Shown here in pieces: positions 41,115-50,106 of a DNA stretch of 64,000 nt; the stretch's first letter is position 1; each line of letters opens with the position of its first letter. The stretch is from a virus (Duplodnaviria; Caudoviricetes), in the IMG/VR virus record IMGVR_UViG_3300032270_000543, positions 32,001 through 96,000 of that record; one strand, written 5' to 3'. The translations under genes and the position numbers were made by a program. The notes below the pieces were generated by a model, which did no database searches, was not told the DNA's origin, and saw nothing but the letters and a program-made list of their open reading frames with translations.

Positions 41115-43424
41115 ATGCCAAGAAAGTCCAGAAAATCCCAACGAGCCAAAGACAAGGCACGAAAGCAAAACGCTGCAAAACTGAAGCAATTTGAGCAGCG
41201 GGCTAAAATGGTGGAGACTTCTCCAGTATCTAATGCTGTGCCTTCGTATATGGACACTTCCTCTACATCGGCAAACGCTCCGATTGACATTCCTGTTCCC
41301 GCGCCAGCAGGCGACACCCCACAGGAAAAGAAGGAAGAGAATACTCAAGTAAAGACCGAACTCAAACTGCTTGAGCGCATCATGCAGGCAAGAAAGCAGC
41401 GGGGCATCGAACCAGGACCAATCGAAAAGATGGTCGTAGGTCTTGAAGGGCAAAAGGGTATCCGTCAGCAGATTCAAGATTTTGCCAGCAAGAACAAAGC
41501 ACTGTTCGACAAAAGCACACCAGAAGGAATGGCTGCGCGTACTCTGTATAGCGAGGCTGTATCACTGTCTGAAGATGCGCTGAGTGCAGACCGCGAAGAA
41601 GCAAAACGCATTTATGATCGTCTACAATTCATTCTTGATGTTGTAAAACAAAGCCAAGGCGATCAGTCTCCTATTGCAAAGAATCTAGAAGAAGTCATAA
41701 AGCCTGTGCGCGATGCTATACGCGAAAAGAGTGGCTTCGGGGCTATGGTGAAGGAACGGCTAAAGGGTTATGCACAAAGCATACCCGAAAGGCTGCTTGG
41801 AAGCATTCCTATTGTCGGGGATCTGCTTGCCCAAAACTATAAAGAAAACCGCGAAGGAAAAGAGCGGGTTGAGAGTTATTCAGGAAGACTCTACGAAAAA
41901 ATTGCACAACAAGGTAAAACAGCAAGAGCCTTGGAAGAAGAACTGTTTGACCCCGAAGAGACTGCTGCTGCAACCACTCAAGAATCTAGCGACGAGGCAG
42001 TTGCAGGAGCAATTGTCGATTCCACCAACACCGTGGAACGAGTTGCTAAAACAATTGGCGGAACGAAAGCATCCGAACTATTCACGAATCTTGACGGGCA
42101 AGACTCCGAAAGTGACGACCCAAAGAAAAATCCTATGGGTGCGGTATACCATGAGGCTGTAGAGATTCGTAAACTGCTAGAGCAGGCTTTTGGTCCAAAG
42201 ACGCAGGACATGGCTGAAAAGAAGTCTGGCTTGCTCGAAAAAATAGAAAAGACATTCACCGAGAGCAAGAAGGAAACGGATTCTCAAACGGTAGAACAGA
42301 TCAAAGAAAAAGAAACACAGAATGCCGCTGTGGTTGCAAAGGCTGCGGCTACTGAAGCAGCAGAAGCAACCACACAGCCTGCACAGGTTCAGGCAGCAAC
42401 CCAAGCGGTTGCTCAAGCCGTAAAGACCGAAGCGACTGCTTCCGAAAAGACGGATGCTATAACTGCAACTACAACATCGCTTGAAAAAGCAAAGGAAGCA
42501 GTCAAAGGAACTCCCGCTCCAAAGAAGCCGAAGACTGAAAAGGAAGAAAATCTCAAAGATGCCGCCACAGGAATGTTCAAAGAGATTTTCATGGGGGCAA
42601 CTGCTGCACAAGATGTTCGTCCAACGGCACAGATCATATCCGATGTAGGTGGAGAATACGCAGAGGCTCTTCAAGAACTCACAGGCGGAAACTACTCCAA
42701 GAAGATCAAAGATGTGCTTGGAATTGCCACAGACTACAATCCTGGCAATCAGGCAGGAAAGACCACAGGCATCAAGAGAACTTTTGGAGAAAAAATCCGC
42801 GACATATACAACACAGTATTCTCAAAAGAAACTGCTACGGTTGCGGGTTCGGGGGCAACAATAGTTCCAACAGGTTCCAATGCCAATGCAACAAATGCAA
42901 TGGTGGCTGGAAAGGTGGGAGAAGCACTTGGTGGATCATCGGGTTCCATTCCTGTATCCGCCATTCCATCAGTGTTTGGCGGTCCACTGTCGGATTCCAT
43001 TCCTGTATCCGCCATTCCATCAGTGTTTGGCGGTCCACTGTCGGATGTGTCTTCGATAAACAATACATCGGTATTTAATGATCTGAAAACCATGCCGTTG
43101 AGTACGGGAACACTTCAATCACTATCAGGAACTTTCGGTACACCCGAACTACGCGCACCGAATACAACATTCGGAAACATCACTCCTGCTCAACTGCCAA
43201 ACTCCACACTCGGAAAGACGCTAATCCAATACAATACAGAGCGTATCTCCATGATGGAAGCACAGAAGAAAAAGGAACTAACACCCGCTCCAACAATTGT
43301 GCCATCCAATACGAGTGTCAGCAACAAGACTTCTGTAGTGAACAACAACTTCAATGATGAGGTTCGTGTTCGTAACAACGAAGCAACACTGCGACAACTG
43401 CAACGCGAATCTCTCATGCGTTAA
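41115..43424 (+). CDS. Tape-measure-like protein (gp29-like)
   Basis: Long helical, A/K/E-rich protein after gp26/gp51, with an N/T/S-rich C-terminus (VSNKTSVVNNNFN); synteny before gp32. Confidence 0.6.
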   Translation: MPRKSRKSQRAKDKARKQNAAKLKQFEQRAKMVETSPVSNAVPSYMDTSSTSANAPIDIPVPAPAGDTPQEKKEENTQVKTELKLLERIMQARKQRGIEPGPIEKMVVGLEGQKGIRQQIQDFASKNKALFDKSTPEGMAARTLYSEAVSLSEDALSADREEAKRIYDRLQFILDVVKQSQGDQSPIAKNLEEVIKPVRDAIREKSGFGAMVKERLKGYAQSIPERLLGSIPIVGDLLAQNYKENREGKERVESYSGRLYEKIAQQGKTARALEEELFDPEETAAATTQESSDEAVAGAIVDSTNTVERVAKTIGGTKASELFTNLDGQDSESDDPKKNPMGAVYHEAVEIRKLLEQAFGPKTQDMAEKKSGLLEKIEKTFTESKKETDSQTVEQIKEKETQNAAVVAKAAATEAAEATTQPAQVQAATQAVAQAVKTEATASEKTDAITATTTSLEKAKEAVKGTPAPKKPKTEKEENLKDAATGMFKEIFMGATAAQDVRPTAQIISDVGGEYAEALQELTGGNYSKKIKDVLGIATDYNPGNQAGKTTGIKRTFGEKIRDIYNTVFSKETATVAGSGATIVPTGSNANATNAMVAGKVGEALGGSSGSIPVSAIPSVFGGPLSDSIPVSAIPSVFGGPLSDVSSINNTSVFNDLKTMPLSTGTLQSLSGTFGTPELRAPNTTFGNITPAQLPNSTLGKTLIQYNTERISMMEAQKKKELTPAPTIVPSNTSVSNKTSVVNNNFNDEVRVRNNEATLRQLQRESLMR
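42944..43045 (+). repeat. Perfect 51-bp tandem duplication (2 copies, in frame) in the tape-measure-like gene
   Basis: TTCCATTCCTGTATCCGCCATTCCATCAGTGTTTGGCGGTCCACTGTCGGA x2, encoding SIPVSAIPSVFGGPLSD x2. Confidence 0.97.
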
Positions 43425-43455
43425 AAGAAAAAGGCGCACTTTCGTGCGCCTCTTC
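43425..43455. terminator. Hairpin terminator between convergent genes
   Basis: AGGCGCAC-TTTC-GTGCGCCT, with an A-run on the left (U-tract for the minus strand) and a weak pyrimidine run on the right. Confidence 0.8.
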
Positions 43456-43474
43456 CTGCGAAACCGAAGGGGAT

Positions 43475-44419
43475 TTAGTCTTCGCTTGCCAACTTCTCAA
43501 AGTAGGACAAAGCGTCTTCCGTGTCGTCATCGTCAGTCTTGACGGCTTCCTTCACGGGAGCGGGCTTCTTGGTTGGAGGCGGGGACAGCGAAGGCTTACG
43601 CGCAGGAGCAGCGTCCTCGTCACCAAACGAAGCCTTCTCCGCGCCACCCTTCGCAACCGCGTCCGATGCAGTTGCACGAATGTTGCCGCCAAGAACCTGT
43701 TCAAGACGAGCCTTGAGTTCGTCATAGGACTTGAAGTTCTTGGGATCAGTGAACTCCTTCAGCGAGTACTGCGTCTTCCACAACTTCTCAAGCGCAGCGT
43801 CATCGCCGCCAAGCAGTGCTGACGGGGCAGAGAATTCGCTCTTGTCGAAGTTTGCGTAGCCGTCCACCTGACGAATCTTCAACTTGAAGTTTGCACCGTT
43901 CCAAAAATCAAACGGATTCATGGGCTTCTCGTCTTGGAACTCAGGGTTCATCGCACCCTGAATCTTCTCGAAAATCTTCTTGCCGTACTTGAACAGGAAC
44001 ACCTTGCCCTCGTTCTCGGGGTGCTTGGGGTCGCTGACTACAAGCACATTGCTGATGTACGACAAACGCCGCTTACGATCACGGGCAATCGCCTTGTCCT
44101 TGTCGGAACCGCTCTCCCACAGAAGATTGTTCATCTCGGACACAGGATCCTTGAGTCCAATTGTGGTCAGTGAGTTCTCAATGTACCAACCACCTGGTCC
44201 ACGGAAACCGTGGCTCCACACACGCGCCCACGGCAGATCCTCGCCATCGGGTGCGGGCAGAAAGCGGATCTCCGCGTAGCCATTGCCTGTCTTGTCTGTT
44301 TCAGCCTTCCAAAGGCGGTCATCCTTGTACGACTCGGACTTCTTCGCCATCTTGTCCATTTCGCTTGCAAGCGACTGGTACGAGTTCTTGGAAGCGTTCT
44401 TGAGGTCTTTGAATCCCAT
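43475..44419 (-). CDS. gp32: Single-stranded DNA-binding protein
   Basis: DKTGNGYAEIRFLP, HGFRGPGGWYIENSLTT, EGKVFLFKYGKKIF, acidic tail ending YFEKLASED. Confidence 0.97.
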   Translation of the reverse strand: MGFKDLKNASKNSYQSLASEMDKMAKKSESYKDDRLWKAETDKTGNGYAEIRFLPAPDGEDLPWARVWSHGFRGPGGWYIENSLTTIGLKDPVSEMNNLLWESGSDKDKAIARDRKRRLSYISNVLVVSDPKHPENEGKVFLFKYGKKIFEKIQGAMNPEFQDEKPMNPFDFWNGANFKLKIRQVDGYANFDKSEFSAPSALLGGDDAALEKLWKTQYSLKEFTDPKNFKSYDELKARLEQVLGGNIRATASDAVAKGGAEKASFGDEDAAPARKPSLSPPPTKKPAPVKEAVKTDDDDTEDALSYFEKLASED

Positions 44420-44495
44420 GTGTATCTCCTTGTACGGTATGTACGGTGTATAAAAGTAGTATGGTGACGAACAGTTCAGTCACGACTATGTAGAC

Positions 44496-44523
44496 AGTAT
44501 AGCAGAGGTATGCTGCGTGTCAA
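44496..44523 (-). promoter_or_regulatory. Sigma70-type promoter for gp32
   Basis: TTGACA-N16-TATACT. Confidence 0.8.
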
Positions 44524-44735
44524 ACAGGAAGTCGCGTTTTCTTCGGAAGCAGATTTAGTTCCTGCCCCTCAGCCTTGATTTTTTCAATGATTGGCTTACT
44601 CAAAAACTTGGCAGCCAGTTGAGGCTCCATGCCGTAGCGTTCGCAAACGGCAATAACAGCATCAATATACGAAACTTCGTACTTCTTTACATGGTTTTCG
44701 ACTTCTTTGGGGAAGCGTATGTTGTTGATGTCCAT
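44520..44735 (-). CDS. gp33: Late transcription co-activator
   Basis: F..EVE..V....SYIDAVIAVCE......AAKFLSKPIIEKIKAEGQELNLL. Confidence 0.88.
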   Translation of the reverse strand: MDINNIRFPKEVENHVKKYEVSYIDAVIAVCERYGMEPQLAAKFLSKPIIEKIKAEGQELNLLPKKTRLPV

Positions 44736-44816
44736 GTCAGCCTTACTTTCGGAAATATACATAGGTGAGGTATCCTTATTTAGTCTTTACGCCCACGACC
44801 ATCAGCGGAGAAGCCA

Positions 44817-46574
44817 ATGGCAGCGACCAGCGACAACTACACGATTGTTACCAGTGGTACTACTTATACCATAGCCAGCGATTATGTCAAGCCCTCTGGT
44901 GCTGGAGAAACTGCACATCATCAGATTGTGAAGGTTGCCTACGGTGCAAATGACACCGTGAATTATGTGTCCAACATCGCACCAATGCCTGTTGGTCTAT
45001 GTGGTGCATGGACTCGCTACGAATTTCTAACTCCCACAGGCTACTACAGTCTTGCAGCAACACTGGTAGGAACCACAGGAACCGTGTTGTCTATTGCTGG
45101 TGTCTCTGGTGCAACTGCTATTGGCATCACTGTGGGAACCGTAACGGTTGCTGGCGCATCATTCTCCATCAGGAATCTGTTTGGTGGAGCAATGGGTAGT
45201 ACGCTAGGCACAACTACAGGATTTGATTATGTTGGAGTTCAAGGTGTATCTGGCGCGTATCCTGTTGGAATCACTGTTGGAACCATTCCTGTCAGCATAC
45301 AGTCCACATCAAACCTTGGAATATTCGGAGTATCTGGTGCAACTGCAATCGGCATCAGCGCAAGTAATTTTGATATTCGTGGTCTTACAACGAACAAAGA
45401 CAGCATCACTGTATACGGAGCAGGCATATCTGGAAGCGTGGTATCGAGCCTGTATGCCTACGACACAGGCATTTCGGGTGGCGGCATCTCCATACTGCAT
45501 TCCACAGGAAACGCCCTAAAGGTAAACCTGGCTTCCGCTGCTACGGGTGTGACAGTAACCGCAAACAACCTTGATATCCGTGATCTAAACTACACATCGG
45601 ATACTGTAACTGTAATTGGCAACGGAGCCACAGACAATAAGTCAAAAGCAACGGTTCCCACATATGTGACTGTAGCGGCAGGAGTTTCGGGATCTCTCAC
45701 ACAGGTTGGTGGTGCCACGGGAGCAGGCTGGTGTGCTGCTGCCATGAATGTGTATCTTGTAAACTCTGGATTCTCGTTCAACGCATACGCAACATTCAGC
45801 ACTGGCATCGGAATCTCGCAGGCTTCGTATCTGCCTGTTCCTGTTCAAGGAACTACTTCCGCAACCCGTGGTGTTTGGGTGGTCGGAGACACCGCCAACG
45901 GACCAGTGCTTGTCAAGGGATACTCGGGCGGATATCTGCCTGTTCAGGTTGCCAACAACGATATTGCAACATCCACAGTGAATACCTCGGTTCAGCAAGT
46001 CAAAACAAACACAGACTTCCTCATCGGCATGAAGAAGGCTCTGTACTCTGACTCGGTATCGGTTGGAGCATTTGACTTCCCAGACAAGCAATCCATCTAT
46101 GCACTCGTCCGCGACAATGTTGGCGCACAACTCACACTGCTAGGAAATTCAATTGTTGCAAACGGAGCGCCAGTAACATCGCAATCTTCTCTTGCAGTCA
46201 CCGTTGTCGGATCCAAGCAACAGCCCTCGTTCATGTCACGAACAGGATTCGTGGGATTTGCCGCAAAGAACCTGAACGAATTCAACTCGGGTTCGGGTTT
46301 CACTTGCGGTTCAGGTGTCCGTATCAAGACTGCAAGAATTGCATCGGGAACAACTGCTTCATCCAATCAGTTCCTGTGTGTCATGTCAGTGGCTGATGCT
46401 GGACTGTACGGTATAACAAACGGATCTGCTGCGTATGTGCTGTATCACGGAGAAGAGATGTTCTTCGATGTGGACAACATCAACAAGATTCAAGTATTCT
46501 ATCCTGCATATTCTTCGGGCTTTGCTCCGAACAACACCTCGCAGGGCATGACCTTCTCGTTCTACGCTTCGTGA
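44817..46574 (+). CDS. Probable virion structural protein with internal repeats
   Basis: HHQIVKVAYG..VSNIAPMPV N-terminus; three GVSGA(T/Y)(A/P)(I/V)GI repeats and two N(F/L)DIR(G/D)L....D(S/T)(I/V)TV.G repeats; TACATA late-like site upstream. Confidence 0.6.
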   Translation: MAATSDNYTIVTSGTTYTIASDYVKPSGAGETAHHQIVKVAYGANDTVNYVSNIAPMPVGLCGAWTRYEFLTPTGYYSLAATLVGTTGTVLSIAGVSGATAIGITVGTVTVAGASFSIRNLFGGAMGSTLGTTTGFDYVGVQGVSGAYPVGITVGTIPVSIQSTSNLGIFGVSGATAIGISASNFDIRGLTTNKDSITVYGAGISGSVVSSLYAYDTGISGGGISILHSTGNALKVNLASAATGVTVTANNLDIRDLNYTSDTVTVIGNGATDNKSKATVPTYVTVAAGVSGSLTQVGGATGAGWCAAAMNVYLVNSGFSFNAYATFSTGIGISQASYLPVPVQGTTSATRGVWVVGDTANGPVLVKGYSGGYLPVQVANNDIATSTVNTSVQQVKTNTDFLIGMKKALYSDSVSVGAFDFPDKQSIYALVRDNVGAQLTLLGNSIVANGAPVTSQSSLAVTVVGSKQQPSFMSRTGFVGFAAKNLNEFNSGSGFTCGSGVRIKTARIASGTTASSNQFLCVMSVADAGLYGITNGSAAYVLYHGEEMFFDVDNINKIQVFYPAYSSGFAPNNTSQGMTFSFYAS

Positions 46575-46583
46575 GCCAACCGA

Positions 46584-48866
46584 ATGTTCAAAAATCGCAA
46601 CTTCATCAGCCTGAATAAACACTTTGATGTCGCTGAAGTTCCTGTCACTTTACGAGTAACAGGAAATGCGGCAAGAGGCGATTTTGACACATATCTCGTA
46701 ACAGGTCCAATCACGAACGCAAAAACTATTTTCGAGCCTGCCACCGCGTCGTTCCAATCTGTTGCAGACACGGAAACTGATAACCTATTGCTTCCGCGAG
46801 CAAAAGAATACATCAAGGTAGGTAGCAAGGCAGGAGACAACGGAAGCACCCGATATCGCGGACTTCTCCAATACAACCTAGCATCAGACTTTGCTGCTGC
46901 GGTGGGTGACCGCTCGTATGTGGTGCAGAGGGCTGTGCTTACCCTGACTCCCAAAGACGGAATTCCTGTTTCGGGAACGGTGGAAGCGCAGTTGACTGGT
47001 CAAGAAATGGTATCGGATGCAGCCACATGGGACAGTCCCGATCCCAAGAACAACAAAAGTTGGGATGGATCATCAGGTGGTGTTCTGTTCAGAAGCATTG
47101 CCACCTATCCGTGGTATATTCCTGGATGGTCAGGAAACGACCCACTGGTGTTTCCGAATCCTGATGCAGGACATATATTTGGAAGCAGTGACTGTGGATA
47201 TATTCGTCCTGGTGCGCTACCTGGCGATATACGGAATCCCAATATTGATATTCCTGGAGATTTAAAACACCGCAGAATTCCTATACACGAACCTCCAATC
47301 GGGATATCATCCGATATCGGACCCGAATACCCGATCTTTGTACCCATCAAGCCAATAGGAATCAACCCGCAAGGTGACGGCGCGGGTGAAGAATTGTACT
47401 ATTGGCAGGGGGTATATTGGAGAAGAACTGTAGCACCTAATGGAAAATACATTTGGCAATTTGCAATTCCTATGGGAAAAGACCGCAAACCAGGATGGGT
47501 AATATTCCATCCGTGTTTGGGTGTTGAGTTTTGTCTGGAGTATTCACCAGATGGCGGTATAAAATACCGACCAGTAATTAGTCCACAATATAGCGAAAAT
47601 CCTTGGGATCCATTCAATCCACCTGGAAATGATGGTCTTCCTCCAGAATACATAGCACCACCCGCAGATTACCCATACACAGTGGAATCCGAAGAAGAGG
47701 ACAATGGATTAGGACGCCAAGAGCGAAAGTATCTGATCCATCCAAGAATCGGAGATGGTGGACTTGGCTATCCCACACCCAATCCATACGGCAGCAATCC
47801 TCCTGAAGATTGGCATTATGAACATCCTCCGTGTCGCTTTACTGATCCAAACGAACCATATTTTCCTGGTCCTGGTTGGGAGGGCAGCGATTATCCGTAT
47901 CCACCTGGTGGAACAGCAGGACCAAAACCAATTCCCGCAGAAGCAGAATCGGTTCTTGAACAAATGTCTCGTTGCCTTGGTAGGAACGATATTGGAGACA
48001 CCACCACATTTGACGACAACGCATTCACATTTTTAGATTCTCGCAAGTCAGCAGAACTGGTTACTACTGCAAGCAAAGTAAAACTAGACATCACTTCTGC
48101 TGTAAGCGAATGGTCACGAAATCCGCAGCAGCCTCTATCGCTATTGGTATACTCTCCTTCCAACGAACAGCAGGACAAAGTGTTCGAATTCGAGTCTTTA
48201 GAGTCTGTAGCGGTTCCGATTGGTGATGCTGTGTTCACAACTTGCACTTTCTTGAGCGCGGGAGACACCACAACAGTCCATACCAAAGGTGCAGCATCTG
48301 TTTTGGAGGCTAACGGCAGCAATATACTTGTCACCGTGGTAGACAATGACCCCGTATCAGCACAGAATTTTGCGTCATTTCAAAATATAGTGTCTGTTGG
48401 GGCAACTTTTGACCTGATTGACTCTGATATAAACAACGGAGTCAATCTAGGAACCACAACTTGCACGGTTTTGGCTCGTCCTGCGTCAAATTCAGTGCTG
48501 ATCAGCGGACTAGTTCTACCAAACGGACTCACCTCGCACGAAGCCACTCTTGAATTCGTGGCTACAGTCGCGGTTCCTGCTGAAGTCTATATCCTAGACA
48601 TCGCAAATCCGTCGTCCACAACGCTGAAAGCATTTGAAGAGTTGAATACGAATGACGGATTGGGCATTCGTTACCTGTCTGGTGCTGCCAACAACAATTC
48701 CAAAGACTTTACACTCAAACTGGTATCCGATGACACACTCTACAACAGCCGTTTGCGTATATTCTTCAACGAATCTGTTGTTTCAGAGAGCAGAACAGGA
48801 AAACCAACTCAAATCATTCAAAGCGGCATCAAGCCGACTTTGGAGATTGACCTGATCCTGCGCTGA
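46584..48866 (+). CDS. DNRLRE-like domain protein split by a ~300-aa Pro-rich insert
   Basis: RGLLQYNL..RAVLTLT..ATWD..W.GSSGG, then a Pro-rich block, then LDITSAVSEW..NP...LLV...FES. Confidence 0.55.
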   Translation: MFKNRNFISLNKHFDVAEVPVTLRVTGNAARGDFDTYLVTGPITNAKTIFEPATASFQSVADTETDNLLLPRAKEYIKVGSKAGDNGSTRYRGLLQYNLASDFAAAVGDRSYVVQRAVLTLTPKDGIPVSGTVEAQLTGQEMVSDAATWDSPDPKNNKSWDGSSGGVLFRSIATYPWYIPGWSGNDPLVFPNPDAGHIFGSSDCGYIRPGALPGDIRNPNIDIPGDLKHRRIPIHEPPIGISSDIGPEYPIFVPIKPIGINPQGDGAGEELYYWQGVYWRRTVAPNGKYIWQFAIPMGKDRKPGWVIFHPCLGVEFCLEYSPDGGIKYRPVISPQYSENPWDPFNPPGNDGLPPEYIAPPADYPYTVESEEEDNGLGRQERKYLIHPRIGDGGLGYPTPNPYGSNPPEDWHYEHPPCRFTDPNEPYFPGPGWEGSDYPYPPGGTAGPKPIPAEAESVLEQMSRCLGRNDIGDTTTFDDNAFTFLDSRKSAELVTTASKVKLDITSAVSEWSRNPQQPLSLLVYSPSNEQQDKVFEFESLESVAVPIGDAVFTTCTFLSAGDTTTVHTKGAASVLEANGSNILVTVVDNDPVSAQNFASFQNIVSVGATFDLIDSDINNGVNLGTTTCTVLARPASNSVLISGLVLPNGLTSHEATLEFVATVAVPAEVYILDIANPSSTTLKAFEELNTNDGLGIRYLSGAANNNSKDFTLKLVSDDTLYNSRLRIFFNESVVSESRTGKPTQIIQSGIKPTLEIDLILR

Positions 48867-49005
48867 TGCCAGTGGGCGTCTTTCCAAAAGGCAAAAGTCC
48901 ATTAAGCATCCTTCGCCGCTCCTCGCATTTACTGCAATGAGGGATGCCCACGGCATCGGTAACGGCTTTTATAGCGTCACCGAATCCATTGATAGGAATT
49001 TTCAT
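48829..49005 (-). CDS. Small CxxC protein
   Basis: Manual translation: MKIPINGFGDAIKAVTDAVGIPHCSKCEERRRMLNGLLPF...; ATGA overlap with the upstream gene. Confidence 0.65.
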   Translation of the reverse strand: MKIPINGFGDAIKAVTDAVGIPHCSKCEERRRMLNGLLPFGKTPTGISAGSGQSPKSA

Positions 49006-49355
49006 TTTAGGCTCAACAGGTACTTGGTGTGATTCAATACACCAAGCATCTCGTCACGGATATTGAACAGATCGGTGTCGGAATCATCAAGGTATTCTTC
49101 AATCTCTTCCTTGAGGAACTTGATGCCGTCATCAATCACGGCGACTGAAGTAGCGTCACCGTAATCGCCCACTTCCATCTTGGCGGCTCCCGTGTGCCGA
49201 CCGTGTGCGCCAAAGTATGTCTCAACGAATGAGTCTACCAGACCGTCCAGAGCCTCGTATGCCTTACCCAGTGCCTTGTGTTCGGCATAGGATTCGGTTT
49301 GCCAGTGCAGGACGCGGATCTGATTTTGTAGAGTCAAGAATTTTCCAATGAGCAT
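49002..49355 (-). CDS. Ferritin/Dps-like four-helix protein (DUF5856-like)
   Basis: LHWQTESYAEHKALG..YE.LD.LVD.FVE; NIRDEML...N.TKYLL. Confidence 0.8.
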   Translation of the reverse strand: MLIGKFLTLQNQIRVLHWQTESYAEHKALGKAYEALDGLVDSFVETYFGAHGRHTGAAKMEVGDYGDATSVAVIDDGIKFLKEEIEEYLDDSDTDLFNIRDEMLGVLNHTKYLLSLK

Positions 49356-49375
49356 GGTAGCCTCCGTGTCATTAT

Positions 49376-49570
49376 TTAGACACTAACAGGCTCTCGCTTC
49401 CCATAGGACGGCTCACGAACCTCCCTGAAGCCACACAGCCCGCACCGCGCAGAGTCTGCGTAGCCGTCCTCGTAGCCCCGTCCGTAAGCCCATGCGTACA
49501 GTTTCAGCGTTCCCGCTGCAAGAAGGGACGCTGCCGATATTCCAATTGAAAGATAGAAGAGTGTGTCCAT
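49376..49570 (-). CDS. Small membrane protein
   Basis: SD AAGGA; N-terminal hydrophobic helix, then AYGRGYEDG. Confidence 0.55.
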   Translation of the reverse strand: MDTLFYLSIGISAASLLAAGTLKLYAWAYGRGYEDGYADSARCGLCGFREVREPSYGKREPVSV

Positions 49571-49616
49571 ACACTCTATATTCCTTTCCTGTGCGCTTGA
49601 ACCGTGCCTTAACAAA

Positions 49617-49688
49617 AGCCGCCTATCGGATTCGAACCGATGACCTGTTGATTACAAATCAACTGCACTACCACTGTGCTAAGACGGC
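49617..49688 (-). tRNA. tRNA-Thr(UGU)
   Basis: Cloverleaf; anticodon arm GTTGA-TT TGT AA-TCAAC; GGTTCGAATCC; no encoded CCA. Confidence 0.93.
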
Positions 49689-49691
49689 GAA

Positions 49692-49774
49692 TGGGAGCGG
49701 AAGGATTCGAACCTTCGTAGCCGAATGGCAGCAGATTTACAATCTGCCCTCGTTGACCGCTTGAGTACACTCCC
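49692..49774 (-). tRNA. tRNA-Tyr(GUA)
   Basis: GCAGA-TT GTA AA-TCTGC; long variable arm. Confidence 0.93.
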
Positions 49775-49775
49775 G

Positions 49776-49846
49776 TTCCCTCGCTAGGATTCGAACCTAG
49801 ACTAGAAGAATCAAAATCTCCTGTGCTACCTTTACACAACAAGGGA
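49776..49846 (-). tRNA. tRNA-Gln(UUG)
   Basis: U1-A72; GGAGA-TT TTG AT-TCTTC. Confidence 0.9.
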
Positions 49847-49847
49847 A

Positions 49848-49936
49848 CGGACAAGGAAGGATTCGAACCTTCGGAAGACATATCTGCCTTCAGCGATTTA
49901 GCAAACCGCCGCATTCGACCACTCTGCCACCTGTCC
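49848..49936 (-). tRNA. tRNA-Ser(GCU)
   Basis: GCGGT-TT GCT AA-ATCGC; long variable arm; G73. Confidence 0.93.
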
Positions 49937-49941
49937 CGAAA

Positions 49942-50014
49942 TGATCCTGACGGGATTCGAACCCGTGTTCTCGCCGTGAAAGGGCGGTATCCTAGCCAAC
50001 TAGACGACAGGACC
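49942..50014 (-). tRNA. tRNA-Glu(UUC)
   Basis: CGCC-CT TTC AC-GGCG; GGTTCGAATCC. Confidence 0.92.
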
Positions 50015-50017
50015 GAA

Positions 50018-50106
50018 AGCGTAGCGGAGGACTTGCACCTCTATTGCTCTGTATCAGATCACCCCTTGCAAGTAGGTGACCCTAGCAGCCTGGACGCTGA
50101 CTACGC
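50018..50106 (-). ncRNA. tRNA-like RNA with non-canonical D and anticodon region
   Basis: Acceptor stem GCGTAGT/GCTACGC, T-arm GAGG-TGCAAGT-CCTC, central helix GGTCACCT/GGGTGATC; first in the tRNA array. Confidence 0.6.
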
